Below, piece after piece: positions 18,792 to 29,593 of a DNA stretch of 64,000 nt. The position numbers were made by a program, and so were the translations under genes. The DNA is from an uncultured Nitrospiraceae bacterium (GTDB lineage: Bacteria > Nitrospirota > Thermodesulfovibrionia > Thermodesulfovibrionales > Dissulfurispiraceae), in NCBI GenBank assembly GCA_963705105.1, contig CAVPIW010000012.1, positions 192,001 through 256,000 of the forward strand, written 5' to 3'. The notes below the pieces were generated by a model. The model was given only the letters and a program-made list of their open reading frames with translations, was not told the origin of the DNA and made no database searches. Positions within the stretch are counted from its first letter, which is position 1. Each line of letters begins with the position of its first letter.

Positions 18792-19670
18792 TCAATGAAA
18801 CAGGATGATAAGGGCGAATCCGGCGATCATGAGGGCCGTTCCCGCCAGTCTTTCCCTGATGCCGCTCTCCCTGAATAGGACGTATCCGTAGATCACGCCG
18901 AAGATCAGGCTCAGCCGCTTGACAGAGATCATATAGGCGACCTGGGTGAGGCTCATGGCGATCATGTGCGAGATGATCATGGCGGCGTAGAAGAGGCCCG
19001 GCAGGACCGATGCGGTGATCGCGCCGCTGCCGATGATGCCTCTCAATTCACTCCTTCCCTTATAGAGGGCGACGGGCGTGAAGGCGATGACGAGGGCCGT
19101 GAAATAGGTCACCGCAAAGAAGAGGGCCGAGGAGTGGACGATGGCCATCTTCCCGAGGGTCGATGTGAAGCTGTAGATGACGGCGACGATGATCATGCAG
19201 ACGACGCCGCGTTCCCTGGCGATGGCGTAGACCGGTTCGAGGATCCCTTTTCTTACGTCCCTGATGTTGAGGAGATAACCGCCCGCGGCGATGCAGAGGA
19301 TGCCGAAAGCGCCGAGTGCGGAGACCTCTTCACCGAGGACGATCCGGGGCAGGACGATGAGGAAGACCGGCGTGAGGGAAAGGAAGGGCAGGGTGAGGCT
19401 GAGCGGTGAGAGCTTCAGGGCCTTGACGTAGAGGATGACCGATGCGATCTCGAGGGGCAGGGCGGCGAAAAAGGCCCTGAAGAAGGAGGCGTCAAGGGGC
19501 GGGACAGGGATGAAGAGGAGGGTGACGAAAAGGACGGGCAGTGTCAAAACAAGCCGGAGCCAGGCGATGAGGTATTCGTTATGCAAAGCGAGGGCCTTCT
19601 TGGTGAGGGCGTCGCTTGTGGCGAGTGCGAATGCCGACACGAGAGCGAGGGCGATCCAGAGATGCTCCAT
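18792..19670 (-). CDS. EamA/DMT-family transporter
   Basis: About 10 transmembrane segments, ALKLSPLSLTLPF, AYMISVKR; start moved to ATG 19670 because the longer ORF translates repeat DNA. Confidence 0.88.
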   Translation of the reverse strand: MEHLWIALALVSAFALATSDALTKKALALHNEYLIAWLRLVLTLPVLFVTLLFIPVPPLDASFFRAFFAALPLEIASVILYVKALKLSPLSLTLPFLSLTPVFLIVLPRIVLGEEVSALGAFGILCIAAGGYLLNIRDVRKGILEPVYAIARERGVVCMIIVAVIYSFTSTLGKMAIVHSSALFFAVTYFTALVIAFTPVALYKGRSELRGIIGSGAITASVLPGLFYAAMIISHMIAMSLTQVAYMISVKRLSLIFGVIYGYVLFRESGIRERLAGTALMIAGFALIILFH

Positions 19671-19713
19671 CTCTTCATTGTATAGGCGGATGTCTGCGGA
19701 TGACAACACCATA

Positions 19714-20015
19714 ATAGTGTCAGTGTCAGTGTGAGTGTCAGTGTCAGTGAAAGGAAAGCGCCGCAAGACGGTCTCACGCAAAGCCGCAAAGAGCGCAAAG
19801 AAAGACGAAAGCACATTATTTCAGAAGAAACAGACCGTTTCGTTATTGCATTTGCCGTTCTTGGCGGACTTGGCGTGAGATAGGGTCGTTTCTTGTTCGT
19901 AAAAGAGAAAAATGTATTCCCGCGCAAAGCCGCAAAAAATGTAAAGAAGAGACAAGAGAGTGCGAGTGTGAGTGCCGGTGAAAGGAAATTGTCTGAGTCC
20001 TCAGTCCTGAGTCCT
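19714..20015. repeat. Cluster of micro-array modules (6-, 9- and 7-nt units)
   Basis: (AGTGTC/G)n-GAAAGG at 19716-19755; 9-mer array 19773-19804 with inverted partner 19851-19879; second 9-mer array 19920-19946; hexamers 19958-19986; CTGAGTC/CTCAGTC/CTGAGTC 19993-20013. Confidence 0.85.
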
Positions 20016-20110
20016 TGTTCCTGCCTTTTGGCGGAAATATTTCACAAAAAGGTGTAATATAAAAGACTTTAATAGATGCATATGATTTTCCAAATAAGCG
20101 AGGAGGATGA

Positions 20111-21130
<1,020 letters not shown>

Positions 21131-21175
21131 GGGCTGAGCGGCCACTGACAACGACATTGTCTCCCCTGTCCTGAC

Positions 21176-21820
21176 ATGGCGGGATTCGCACCAGAGGGAA
21201 AGCCTTTTATGACGGCCTTTGCCGTGCTGACGGGACTCGCATTTGTATTCGGGTCAAAGGCCCTGACGACGCTCTTTCTTATCGGGCTGCTCTTCATGGC
21301 CTATTTCTTCCGTGATCCCGAGCGAACCGTGCCGGACCGCGAGGACGTCTACCTTTCGCCCGCCGACGGCAAGGTGATCGTTGTCGGGCCGGCCAGGGAT
21401 GAGCGCTTCATCGGGGGCAACGCGTTGGAAGTCGGCATATTCATGTCGCCCCTTGACGTGCACGTCAACAGGGCGCCCTGTGACGGCGTCGTCACCTCGG
21501 TGGTGCACAGCCCGGGCAAGTTTGTCTCCGCCTTCAAGCCCGAGGCATCCCTCCTGAACGAGCAGATATCCCTCCTGCTCGACACGGCCCGGGGAAAGGT
21601 CCTCGTCCGCCAGGTTGCAGGCTTCGTGGCCCGCCGGGCCGTCTGCCGGGTGAAAGCAGGCGACCGGCTCCGCAGGGGAGAGCGTTTCGGGATCATCAAG
21701 TTCAGCTCCCGTGTCGACGTCTATCTGCCCGCCGGTACGGTCCCTGCCGTAAAAATCGGCGACAGGGTGAAGGCGGGGGAGACGGTCATCGGGCACGTGC
21801 AGGGGTACCATGCCGTTTAA
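21176..21820 (+). CDS. psd: Phosphatidylserine decarboxylase proenzyme
   Basis: FFRDPER, SPADG, IFMSPLDVHVNRAP, IKFSSRVD cleavage region. Confidence 0.92.
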   Translation: MAGFAPEGKPFMTAFAVLTGLAFVFGSKALTTLFLIGLLFMAYFFRDPERTVPDREDVYLSPADGKVIVVGPARDERFIGGNALEVGIFMSPLDVHVNRAPCDGVVTSVVHSPGKFVSAFKPEASLLNEQISLLLDTARGKVLVRQVAGFVARRAVCRVKAGDRLRRGERFGIIKFSSRVDVYLPAGTVPAVKIGDRVKAGETVIGHVQGYHAV

Positions 21821-22592
21821 ACGGAAGCCGCCATACGACAGGATCCCGAAGAAGGGCGTCTACCTCCTGCCGAACACGCTCACGCTCTGCGGCATGCTGT
21901 CGGGGTTCTTCGCCATCCTCTCGGCGATCAACGGGAATTTTCTCTACGCGGCGTGGGCGATCATCATCGCCAACATCTTCGACGGCCTCGACGGGTGGAT
22001 CGCCCGGCTCACGAATACGACGACGCGCTTCGGCATCGAGCTCGATTCCCTGTCGGACCTTGTCGCCTTCGGTGTGGCGCCGTCGGTCATGATGTACAAG
22101 TGGGCGCTCCAGCCCTTCGGCAGGGTCGGATGGGCGGCGGCATTCCTCTTCGTCGCCTGCGGAGCCCTGCGCCTGGCCCGATTCAACGTCCAGACCGGCG
22201 CGCCCGGTTCGAAGGCGTTCAAGGGAATGCCGATCCCCGCGGCTGCGACGGTCCTCTCGTCGGTCGTCATCTTCTACTACGAATTTCACACGGGCATCCC
22301 CGATAGGAACGTATTTTATCCTGTCCTGACGATCCTCCTGTCCCTGCTCATGGTGAGCACGCTGCGCTACCACGGGCTCAAGGAGATCGACTTCAAGGAG
22401 AAGAAGCCCTTCTGGGTCCTCATCGTCTTCGTCCTGATCCTTTTCGTCATCTTCATCCATCCCTCGACGGCGATCTTCATTTTTGCCATGGCCTATCTCA
22501 CATGGGGTATAATTGAGAATATCTATCTGTTCTTCAAGAAAAGAAAGACCAAGACCGAAGAGGTGAGGAGCGAGCCAGATGAGAATCATTAA
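21810..22592 (+). CDS. pssA: CDP-diacylglycerol--serine O-phosphatidyltransferase
   Basis: LLPN.LT, DGLDG.IAR, FG.ELDSLSD..AFGVAP, LRLARFN. Confidence 0.95.
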   Translation: MPFKRKPPYDRIPKKGVYLLPNTLTLCGMLSGFFAILSAINGNFLYAAWAIIIANIFDGLDGWIARLTNTTTRFGIELDSLSDLVAFGVAPSVMMYKWALQPFGRVGWAAAFLFVACGALRLARFNVQTGAPGSKAFKGMPIPAAATVLSSVVIFYYEFHTGIPDRNVFYPVLTILLSLLMVSTLRYHGLKEIDFKEKKPFWVLIVFVLILFVIFIHPSTAIFIFAMAYLTWGIIENIYLFFKKRKTKTEEVRSEPDENH

Positions 22593-24081
22593 GATCTTCG
22601 ATACGACCCTCCGCGACGGGGAGCAGTCTCCAGGCGCATCGATGAACGTTGAGGAAAAGATCCGCGTGGCAAGGCAGCTCGTGAAACTCGGCGTCGATAT
22701 CATCGAGGCGGGATTTCCCATCGCCTCGCCCGGTGATTTCGAAGCGGTGAAGCGGATCGGCGGGGAAGTGGGCGGGGCTGTCATCGCAGGCCTTGCGCGG
22801 GCACGGGAGGAGGACATCAAGCGGGCCTGGGAGGCGCTCAGGGACACGCCGCAGAGGAGGATCCACACCTTCCACTCGACGTCGGACATCCACCTGAAAT
22901 ACCAGTTCCGGGTGAACCGCGAGGAGGCGCTCAAAAGGTCCGTCGAGATGGTCGCCCTGGCGAGGAGTTATGTCGACGATGTGGAGTTCTCGCCCATGGA
23001 CGCAACGCGGACGGAGCTCGGGTATCTTCTCGACGTCGTCGACGCCGTCGTCGGCGCCGGGGCCTCGACGGTGAACATCCCCGATACGGTGGGCTTCATC
23101 ACTCCCTCTGAATTCGGGGAGATCATCAGGGCGATCAGGGAGCGGATCGGGGAGCGGGCCGTCATTTCCGTCCACTGTCACAACGATCTGGGCCTTGCCG
23201 TTGCCAATTCCCTTTCGGCGATCCTGAGCGGGGCGGGGCAGGTGGAGTGCACGGTGAACGGCATCGGCGAGAGGGCGGGCAACTGTTCCATGGAAGAGGT
23301 CGTCATGGCCCTCAAGACGAGACCCCAATTCTTCGATGCCGACACGAACATCAGGACCACGGAGATCTATAAAACGAGCCGTCTCGTTTCGAAAATTACG
23401 GGCATCGTGGTGCAGCCGAACAAGGCCGTTGTGGGATCGAACGCCTTCGCCCACGAGTCGGGCATCCATCAGGACGGCCTCCTGAAGGAGAGGCTGACCT
23501 ACGAGATCATGAAGCCCGAAGACGTGGGCATCCCCAGCTCAAAGCTCGTGCTGGGAAAACATTCGGGGAGGCACGCCTTCAAGACGAGGCTGAAGGAGCT
23601 CGGTTACGAGATGTCGGAGGAGGAGAGCAACCGGACCTTCGAGAAGTTTAAGAATCTCGCAGACCAAAAGAAATACATCTTCGACGAGGACATCGAGACG
23701 CTTGTCTCGGAGGAGTTCTCGAAGATCCCCGAGATTTACAGCCTCGTCGACCTTTCCATTTCGAGCGGCATAAACCAGAGGCCCATGGCGGCCATCAAGA
23801 TGAAGGTCAACGACAGGGCGGTCGAAAGGGTCGGTCACGGCGACGGACCCGTTGACGCCGTCTACAAGGCCATCGCGGCGATCACGAAGACGAAGAGCAA
23901 CCTGCAGACCTTCGAGGTCAAGGCGATCACCGGCGGCACCGACGCGCTCGGCGAAGTGACGGTCACTCTCGAGGAGGACGGCAGGACGGTGCGGGGCCAC
24001 GGCGCCGACACGGACATCATCGTCGCCTCTGCAAAGGCCTACATCAAGGCGCTGAACAAGCTCGCCGTCCGGAAGAAATAG
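22579..24081 (+). CDS. leuA: 2-isopropylmalate synthase
   Basis: FDTTLRDGEQ, HCHNDLG, GIGERAGN, HESGIHQDG, C-terminal regulatory domain. Confidence 0.96.
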   Translation: MRIIKIFDTTLRDGEQSPGASMNVEEKIRVARQLVKLGVDIIEAGFPIASPGDFEAVKRIGGEVGGAVIAGLARAREEDIKRAWEALRDTPQRRIHTFHSTSDIHLKYQFRVNREEALKRSVEMVALARSYVDDVEFSPMDATRTELGYLLDVVDAVVGAGASTVNIPDTVGFITPSEFGEIIRAIRERIGERAVISVHCHNDLGLAVANSLSAILSGAGQVECTVNGIGERAGNCSMEEVVMALKTRPQFFDADTNIRTTEIYKTSRLVSKITGIVVQPNKAVVGSNAFAHESGIHQDGLLKERLTYEIMKPEDVGIPSSKLVLGKHSGRHAFKTRLKELGYEMSEEESNRTFEKFKNLADQKKYIFDEDIETLVSEEFSKIPEIYSLVDLSISSGINQRPMAAIKMKVNDRAVERVGHGDGPVDAVYKAIAAITKTKSNLQTFEVKAITGGTDALGEVTVTLEEDGRTVRGHGADTDIIVASAKAYIKALNKLAVRKK

Positions 24082-24133
24082 GCCTCCCGGGCGCTTTGCG
24101 CCGCCCGTCTCGCGCGTAAAATATGAACATGCC

Positions 24134-25132
24134 ATGAGCTACATATCCGTCATAGGCGGAGGCAGCTGGGGGACCACCCTTGCTGCGCTCCTTGCGGACA
24201 AGGGATACGATGTCACCCTGTGGACCCTTGAGCCGGAAGTTGTGGGGCAGATCAACGACGAGGGTGTCAACGCCGCCTATCTTCCCGGCGTCGTCCTCCC
24301 CGCTTCCTTGCGGGCGACGAACGATTTCAGGGAAGCGGCGGAAAAGGCGCGCTACGTCCTGAACGCCGTGCCCACCCAGTACATCCGGACAGTTTTCAGC
24401 GGCCTCAGCCCGCACCTCACGAATGAGGCGATCATCGTCAGCGCCTCCAAGGGGATCGAGATCGGCACGCTCCTCACGCCGTCGCGCATCCTCGGGGAAA
24501 CGACGGGCAGGCCTGTTTCCGTCCTCTCGGGACCGAGCTTCGCCCGGGAAGTGATCGAAAAGCTGCCGACAGGCGTCACCCTTGCGACGCACGACAAGAT
24601 GACGGGCCTCATCCTGCAGGAGGTCTTCAACACAGACTACTTCAGGGTCTATACCCACGACGATGTCATCGGCGTCGAGATCGGCGGCGCCCTGAAAAAT
24701 GTCATCGCCATCGCCTCGGGCATCTCCGACGGCATGGGGCTGGGGTACAACGCGAGGGCGACCCTCATCACCCGGGGCCTGGCCGAGATCAGGCGACTGG
24801 GCGCGGCGCTGCAGGCGCGGGAGGTGACGTTTTCGGGATTGAGCGGCATCGGCGACCTCGTTCTCACCTGCACGGCGGGGCTTTCGAGGAACTACACGGT
24901 AGGTCACCGGCTCGGCCAGGGACAGACTCTGCAGGAAATCACGGGGAGCATGAAGCAGGTCGCCGAGGGGGTCACGACGACTCATTCGGCCTTCGAGCTC
25001 TCGCGAAAGCACGGTATCGAGATGCCGATCACCGAGCAAGTCTATTTCGCCCTCTATGAGGGGAAGTCTCCCCGTGAGGCCGTGACGGACCTCATGAACC
25101 GCTCCCTGAAATCGGAGTTTCATGGATACTGA
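24134..25132 (+). CDS. gpsA: NAD(P)H-dependent glycerol-3-phosphate dehydrogenase
   Basis: GGGSWGT, SGPSFA, GGALKNVIAI, GIGDL.LTC, SRN. Confidence 0.96.
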   Translation: MSYISVIGGGSWGTTLAALLADKGYDVTLWTLEPEVVGQINDEGVNAAYLPGVVLPASLRATNDFREAAEKARYVLNAVPTQYIRTVFSGLSPHLTNEAIIVSASKGIEIGTLLTPSRILGETTGRPVSVLSGPSFAREVIEKLPTGVTLATHDKMTGLILQEVFNTDYFRVYTHDDVIGVEIGGALKNVIAIASGISDGMGLGYNARATLITRGLAEIRRLGAALQAREVTFSGLSGIGDLVLTCTAGLSRNYTVGHRLGQGQTLQEITGSMKQVAEGVTTTHSAFELSRKHGIEMPITEQVYFALYEGKSPREAVTDLMNRSLKSEFHGY

Positions 25133-25880
25133 GGTGCTGAAGGAACTGCTCGCCGACGTCCGGGCGGGCAAGGTCGCCGTAGAGGAGGCACTGGAGGCCC
25201 TGAAAGGGTTTCCCTTCGAAGACCTCGCCTTTGCAAAGGTCGACCACCACAGGACCCTCCGCACGGGGATCCCCGAGGTCATCTATGCACGGGGGAAGAC
25301 GACGGAGGAGGTCGTGTCGATCGCCCGGTCGATGCTCGACCGGAGCGGCAGATTTCTTATAACCCGCGCATCGGAGGATGTGTTCCGCGCCCTCGGCATC
25401 GAAGAAGCCCGGTTTCATCAGGCATCAGGCGTCATCTCCTGCGGGAGCGGCAGGGCGAAGAGGGGGTTCGTGCTTGTCATCTCTGCCGGGACGTCGGACA
25501 TCCCCGTCGCGGAAGAGGCCGAGGTGACGGCATCGTTCCTCGGGAGCAAAACGGAGCGCCTCTATGATGTCGGTGTGGCCGGCATCCACCGGCTCTTCAG
25601 CCATCAGCGCCTCTTCGGAAAGGCACGGGTCATCGTCGTCGTCGCCGGAATGGAGGGAGCCCTGCCCTCCGTCGTGGCGAGCGTCACGGACAGGCCCGTC
25701 ATCGCCGTACCCACGTCGGTGGGCTACGGCACGAGCTTCGGCGGCCTCACCGCCCTTTTTGCGATGCTCAACTCCTGCGTTCCGGGCATCGCCGTCGTCA
25801 ACATCGACAACGGGTTCGGGGCGGGATGCCTCGCCCACAGGATCAACCTGATGGGCGGAGGGCAAAAAAAAGAGGGATGA
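25122..25880 (+). CDS. larB: Nickel-pincer cofactor biosynthesis protein LarB (PurE-like)
   Basis: AKVDHHR, AGTSD.PVAEEA, DVGVAGIHRL, AGMEGAL, PTSVGYG, VNIDNGFGA. Confidence 0.92.
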   Translation: MDTEVLKELLADVRAGKVAVEEALEALKGFPFEDLAFAKVDHHRTLRTGIPEVIYARGKTTEEVVSIARSMLDRSGRFLITRASEDVFRALGIEEARFHQASGVISCGSGRAKRGFVLVISAGTSDIPVAEEAEVTASFLGSKTERLYDVGVAGIHRLFSHQRLFGKARVIVVVAGMEGALPSVVASVTDRPVIAVPTSVGYGTSFGGLTALFAMLNSCVPGIAVVNIDNGFGAGCLAHRINLMGGGQKKEG

Positions 25881-25938
25881 AACGTCTTCATCCCTTTCAA
25901 CCTCTATCCGTTGAACGTACAGTTCAGCAGGCAGGCCC

Positions 25939-26130
25939 TCAGGCCGCCTGCCCTCCTCCGGAAAAGGGCGTCGACTGGTTCTGGAAGGACAAGCAGCTGA
26001 ATGTCGAGAACCTCTTCCTCACCTTCGGCGCCCCGCATTCCGGGCATGTGACCTGCTTTTCCCCTTGGAGACTCTGGTAGACCGTAAAGACCTCGTCACA
26101 CCGCGTGCAGTCGTACTCGTAAATCGGCAT
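25939..26130 (-). CDS. FmdB-family zinc-ribbon protein
   Basis: MPIYEYDC..C...CPECG. Confidence 0.85.
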   Translation of the reverse strand: MPIYEYDCTRCDEVFTVYQSLQGEKQVTCPECGAPKVRKRFSTFSCLSFQNQSTPFSGGGQAA

Positions 26131-26208
26131 CCCTCTACCCCCCGGTTGATCTGCAGCCATCGTCCGCGATGACCGCGTGCTTTGTAATTGAAGATTTTAA
26201 CCTTTCCA

Positions 26209-26392
26209 TTGTATGAAAAGGCGGGACAAAGTGCTTCAAAACAGTGTCAGTGATAGTATGAGTGTCAGTAAAAGGTTCACTTTTTTCAGCCCTGAGCCTG
26301 AATTGATCCGTATGGGAAGGCATAGGTTTCGCAGGACCAAGGCTTTTCGGCATCTTCGCCCCGCCTTTTCGGATGTCCTATTGCAACGATAA
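26209..26392 (+). repeat. Mosaic hairpin element: left end, hexamer array, right arm and tail
   Basis: TTGTATGAAAAGGCGGG; AAAACAGTGTCAGTGATAGTATGAGTGTCAGTAAAAGG; CAAGGCTTTTCGGCATCTTCGCCCCGCCTTTTCGGA..TATTGCAACGATAA. Confidence 0.85.
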
Positions 26393-26423
26393 CGTTGATT
26401 CTGGCACGGCAAAAGGCCTTTCG

Positions 26424-26885
26424 TCAATCGGCGGGAGTCCGCCGCAGGTCGAGCATCATGATCAGGCCATCCTCGGGAGGCGCTGCATAGTAGTTCTTCC
26501 TGATGCCGACGGTCCTGAACCCGAACCGCTCATAGAGCACCCGGGCTGCCCGGTTCGAGGCCCTGACCTCGAGATAGAGGGAACTGTCTTCCGCAGACGT
26601 CAGTTCTGCGATCATCTCTTCGAGGAGTGTCGCTGCGACACCGCGGGTTCTGCAGAGCGGGTGGACGGCAAGGTTCATGAGATGACATTCATCGACGATC
26701 CGCCGGATGCAGATATACCCCTTCACCGAGCCTTCCGCTTCGGCGACCCATGTCAGGGCATGGCGGTGGTAGATCTCCTTGAAGAAGGACGTCTCGGACC
26801 AGGGGGTGCTGAAGGAGGCCCGCTCGATCCTGACTATCTCGGGTATGTCATCGGGGAGCATTTCCCGTACGATCAGCCGGTCCAT
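26424..26885 (-). CDS. rimI: Ribosomal protein S18 alanine N-acetyltransferase
   Basis: IERASFSTPW, NLAVHP, LEVRASN, LYERFGF...RKNYY; downstream of tsaB. Confidence 0.92.
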   Translation of the reverse strand: MDRLIVREMLPDDIPEIVRIERASFSTPWSETSFFKEIYHRHALTWVAEAEGSVKGYICIRRIVDECHLMNLAVHPLCRTRGVAATLLEEMIAELTSAEDSSLYLEVRASNRAARVLYERFGFRTVGIRKNYYAAPPEDGLIMMLDLRRTPAD

Positions 26886-26900
26886 CCCGTCGCCTTCACC

Positions 26901-27091
26901 TTATCGTTGCAATACGTTCTGAGGAAAGGCGGGGTGTATGCGCCGAAAACCTTGGTGCGGCGACACCGTAATCGTCACGAAAGACAACGGTTCAAGACAA
27001 AAGTCGATCACACAAAAAGCGGACTTCTGAAAGAAGAACCTGACAATGCTCATCGTAGCCTTCAGCAAGGCTTTGAGGCGCTTCGCCCCGC
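26901..27091 (-). repeat. Complete type-A hairpin element between tsaB and rimI
   Basis: Reverse-strand homolog of 15693-15890 and 34508-34710, with both arms, loop and tail. Confidence 0.88.
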
Positions 27092-27106
27092 AACTGAAAG
27101 GTTCAT

Positions 27107-27793
27107 TCACTGTTTGACGCCCGCCTTGATCTCCGCCTCGGACCTTCTGATGTAGAAGGGCGAGAGGGTGACGGGGTTTTCATAGTCGTTCTGCAACGCC
27201 TTTTTGCGGCAGAGGAGCGCCACGGCGGCAGGGGAGGGGACCATATGATGGAAGTGGCCGAAAATCGCGCGGTCTCCCAGGCGTTCCAGGGTCTGACGAT
27301 ACCGGAGCGCCCCTTCACCGAGAAAGACGGTCCTTTCGCTCACCTGCGGGATGAGCGCTTCCGCCGGAAGGGCGCATTCAGTCATGCGTCGCCTGAACCC
27401 GTCTCCGTTCCATTCGAAGACGGCCGCGTAGACCTCTCCTCTGCGGGCGTCCAGGAGCGGGCAGACGTGGTGGATACAGAAGGGCAGGTGCCAGGCAAAG
27501 GCCTCCAGTGTCGGGACGGCGACGACCGGTTTTCCCGTTGCGAAGGCGAGCCCTTTGACGGTGCTCAGACCGACCCTGAGGCCCGTGAAGGAACCGGGGC
27601 CGATGGAGATGCCGAAGATGTCGATGTCGCCGATGACGAGTGACGAGCGTTTCATGATGTGGTCGATCTCGCCCAGGAGTCGCTCGGAATGGGTGACACG
27701 GACATTGAGTCTCGACTCGGCGATGAGGCTGTCGTCGACCGTGACGGCGAGGCCGCCCAGCACGGTCGATGTCTCGACGGCAAGGATCTTCAC
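27107..27793 (-). CDS. tsaB: tRNA threonylcarbamoyladenosine biosynthesis protein TsaB
   Basis: ILAVETS, HSERL, GPGSFTGLRVG, DARRGEVY, P.YIR.SEAE. Confidence 0.95.
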   Translation of the reverse strand: MKILAVETSTVLGGLAVTVDDSLIAESRLNVRVTHSERLLGEIDHIMKRSSLVIGDIDIFGISIGPGSFTGLRVGLSTVKGLAFATGKPVVAVPTLEAFAWHLPFCIHHVCPLLDARRGEVYAAVFEWNGDGFRRRMTECALPAEALIPQVSERTVFLGEGALRYRQTLERLGDRAIFGHFHHMVPSPAAVALLCRKKALQNDYENPVTLSPFYIRRSEAEIKAGVKQ

Positions 27794-27822
27794 AGCCCCT
27801 CCCTCTGCACTATCGCTGCTGC

Positions 27823-28060
27823 GGGAAGGCAGATATGGCTCACAGTCTTTCCAATGCGATGATGAGGCATCTCAAGGTGTTCAGGGCCTGTTGCCTGACG
27901 GGCTTCTCGTATCTGTAGACACGCCAAAGGGTGGTCCGGGGATACACAGGGTATCTTAGCGGAAAGGCTTTTCGCCACATCAGACTTCCCGGTTGAGCGT
28001 TCATGCCCTGGGTCCGATTTTTGACTGCCGACTCTCCCTGTATGACTGCCGTCTGTTGGC
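27823..28060 (+). repeat. Stand-alone type-B hairpin element plus degenerate 7-nt array
   Basis: GGGAAGGCAGATATGGCTCACAGTCTTTCCAATGCGAT...ATCTTAGCGGAAAGGCTTTTCGCCACATCAGACTTCCC (27823-27990), followed by CTGCCGA/CTGCCGT-like units. Confidence 0.85.
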
Positions 28061-28079
28061 ATCTTTCTCCTGCCGTTTC

Positions 28080-29306
28080 CTATGGTTTCCGCAATGTCAC
28101 GGTTGAAGCCGACCGGTGAAAGGTGCGGCCGAAGATCAGCGTCCCCATGATGCAGATGACCGAGAAGACCTGGAGAGACGCGATCGTGCCGAACCGGTCC
28201 GCCGCCAGTCCGATGATCGAATTTCCGAGGGGGGCGAACCCCAGGAACACGAGCGTGAAGACGCTCATCACCCGTCCCCTCAGGGCGTCGGGGGCGGAGT
28301 GCTGGATGAAGCTGTTGCTCATGGCAAGGAAACTGACGATGCCCCAACCGGCAAAGAAGGCGATAGCGAGGGAGAGGGAAAAGTTCCGGGAATAGGCGAT
28401 CCCGAGTATCGCCAGGGAGAAAACGGTCCCCGAGAAGGGGATGAAGAGCTCCCGGCGCGGGATCTCGCCCTTGTATGCGATGTGGAAGGCCGCCAGGAAT
28501 GACCCCAGCCCCGAGGCGGCGATGAGGAAGCTCAGTCCCCGGGCGCCGACGTCGAGCACCTCTCCTGCAATGATGGGCAGAAGGGTAATGTAGGGGATGC
28601 CGAAGAGACTGTACAGGGAGATGATCACCATCAGCCAGAAGACGGGCCTGTCGTTGATCATGTAACGCAGACCGTCGGCGATGTCCGTCCCGATGCCCTG
28701 TCCGTCCGCGGATTTCTCGCCTCTTGCGCTGATCCTCGTGAGAGCGAAGAGCACGGCGGCGAAACTCAGGGCATTGAGATAAAAACAGAGGGGCAGGCCG
28801 ACGCCGGCGATGACGAGACCGGCGATCATGGGCCCGATGATCCTCGCCCCGTTGAAGGCCATGGAATTGAGGGCGATGGCGTTCGTCAGGGAATCCCTTC
28901 CGGCGACTTCACCGATGAAGGCCTGTCGCGTCGGAATATCGAAGGCGTTCACCGTGCCGAGGAAGGCGGCCGTGATGCCCACGTGCCAGATCCTGATCAT
29001 GCCGGAATCGGTGAGTATGCCGAGAAAAAGGGCGGGAATTATCGAGAGGAACTGGGTGATGATGAGGATGTTCCGTTTCGGGTAGCGGTCGGCGACGATG
29101 CCGCCGATGAGGGTGAAAAGGAGGATGGGCAGGGACGAGAGGGACGCGATGATGCCGAGCCAGAGGGGCGATTTCGTCAGGGAATAAACGAGCCAACTCT
29201 GCGCAACGGAATGCATCCATGTCCCGGAGAGGGAGATGATCTGACCGAGCCAGAAGAGCCTGAAATCCTTGACATAGAGAGCTGAAAACCGGTTCCCTTT
29301 TTCCAT
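28080..29306 (-). CDS. MFS transporter
   Basis: DFRLFWLGQ..S..GTWM..VAQ.WLV, GGIVADR, LRGRVMS; about 12 transmembrane segments. Confidence 0.93.
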   Translation of the reverse strand: MEKGNRFSALYVKDFRLFWLGQIISLSGTWMHSVAQSWLVYSLTKSPLWLGIIASLSSLPILLFTLIGGIVADRYPKRNILIITQFLSIIPALFLGILTDSGMIRIWHVGITAAFLGTVNAFDIPTRQAFIGEVAGRDSLTNAIALNSMAFNGARIIGPMIAGLVIAGVGLPLCFYLNALSFAAVLFALTRISARGEKSADGQGIGTDIADGLRYMINDRPVFWLMVIISLYSLFGIPYITLLPIIAGEVLDVGARGLSFLIAASGLGSFLAAFHIAYKGEIPRRELFIPFSGTVFSLAILGIAYSRNFSLSLAIAFFAGWGIVSFLAMSNSFIQHSAPDALRGRVMSVFTLVFLGFAPLGNSIIGLAADRFGTIASLQVFSVICIMGTLIFGRTFHRSASTVTLRKP

Positions 29307-29374
29307 GTGGTATGATATACAGTCAGGCTTCGAAGGGTTGCGGATCCGTAAAATACCTGATTAGTACCTTGCAA

Positions 29375-29573
29375 TTGCATGCAAAGGCGGAACAAAGTGC
29401 CTCAAAGCCTTGCTGATAGCGAGGAGGATCATTTTAAACTGGATATTCGGGATCCCATCTTGTGTGTCATTAACCGCCGGCCTGACATAATCCTCACGGG
29501 AAGGCAGAGGTTTCGCAGCACCAAGGATTTTCGGCATCTTCGCCCCGCCTTTCCGGAGGTACTATTGCGGTAG
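29375..29573 (+). repeat. Type-A hairpin element variant
   Basis: TTGCATGCAAAGGCGG..GCCTCAAAGCCTTGCTG...CAAGGATTTTCGGCATCTTCGCCCCGCCTTTCCGGA; right part closely matches the 26209 copy. Confidence 0.85.
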
Positions 29574-29593
29574 TATACCTCATTTGTGACATT

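Noticed and set aside
26901..27110. Family of small ORFs ending in HQGFRRIxPAFP (also at 15695, 29379, 55104) and SVSVSV/TLTLTL ORFs
   Set aside because: These are translations of the repeat elements; frames are not preserved between copies
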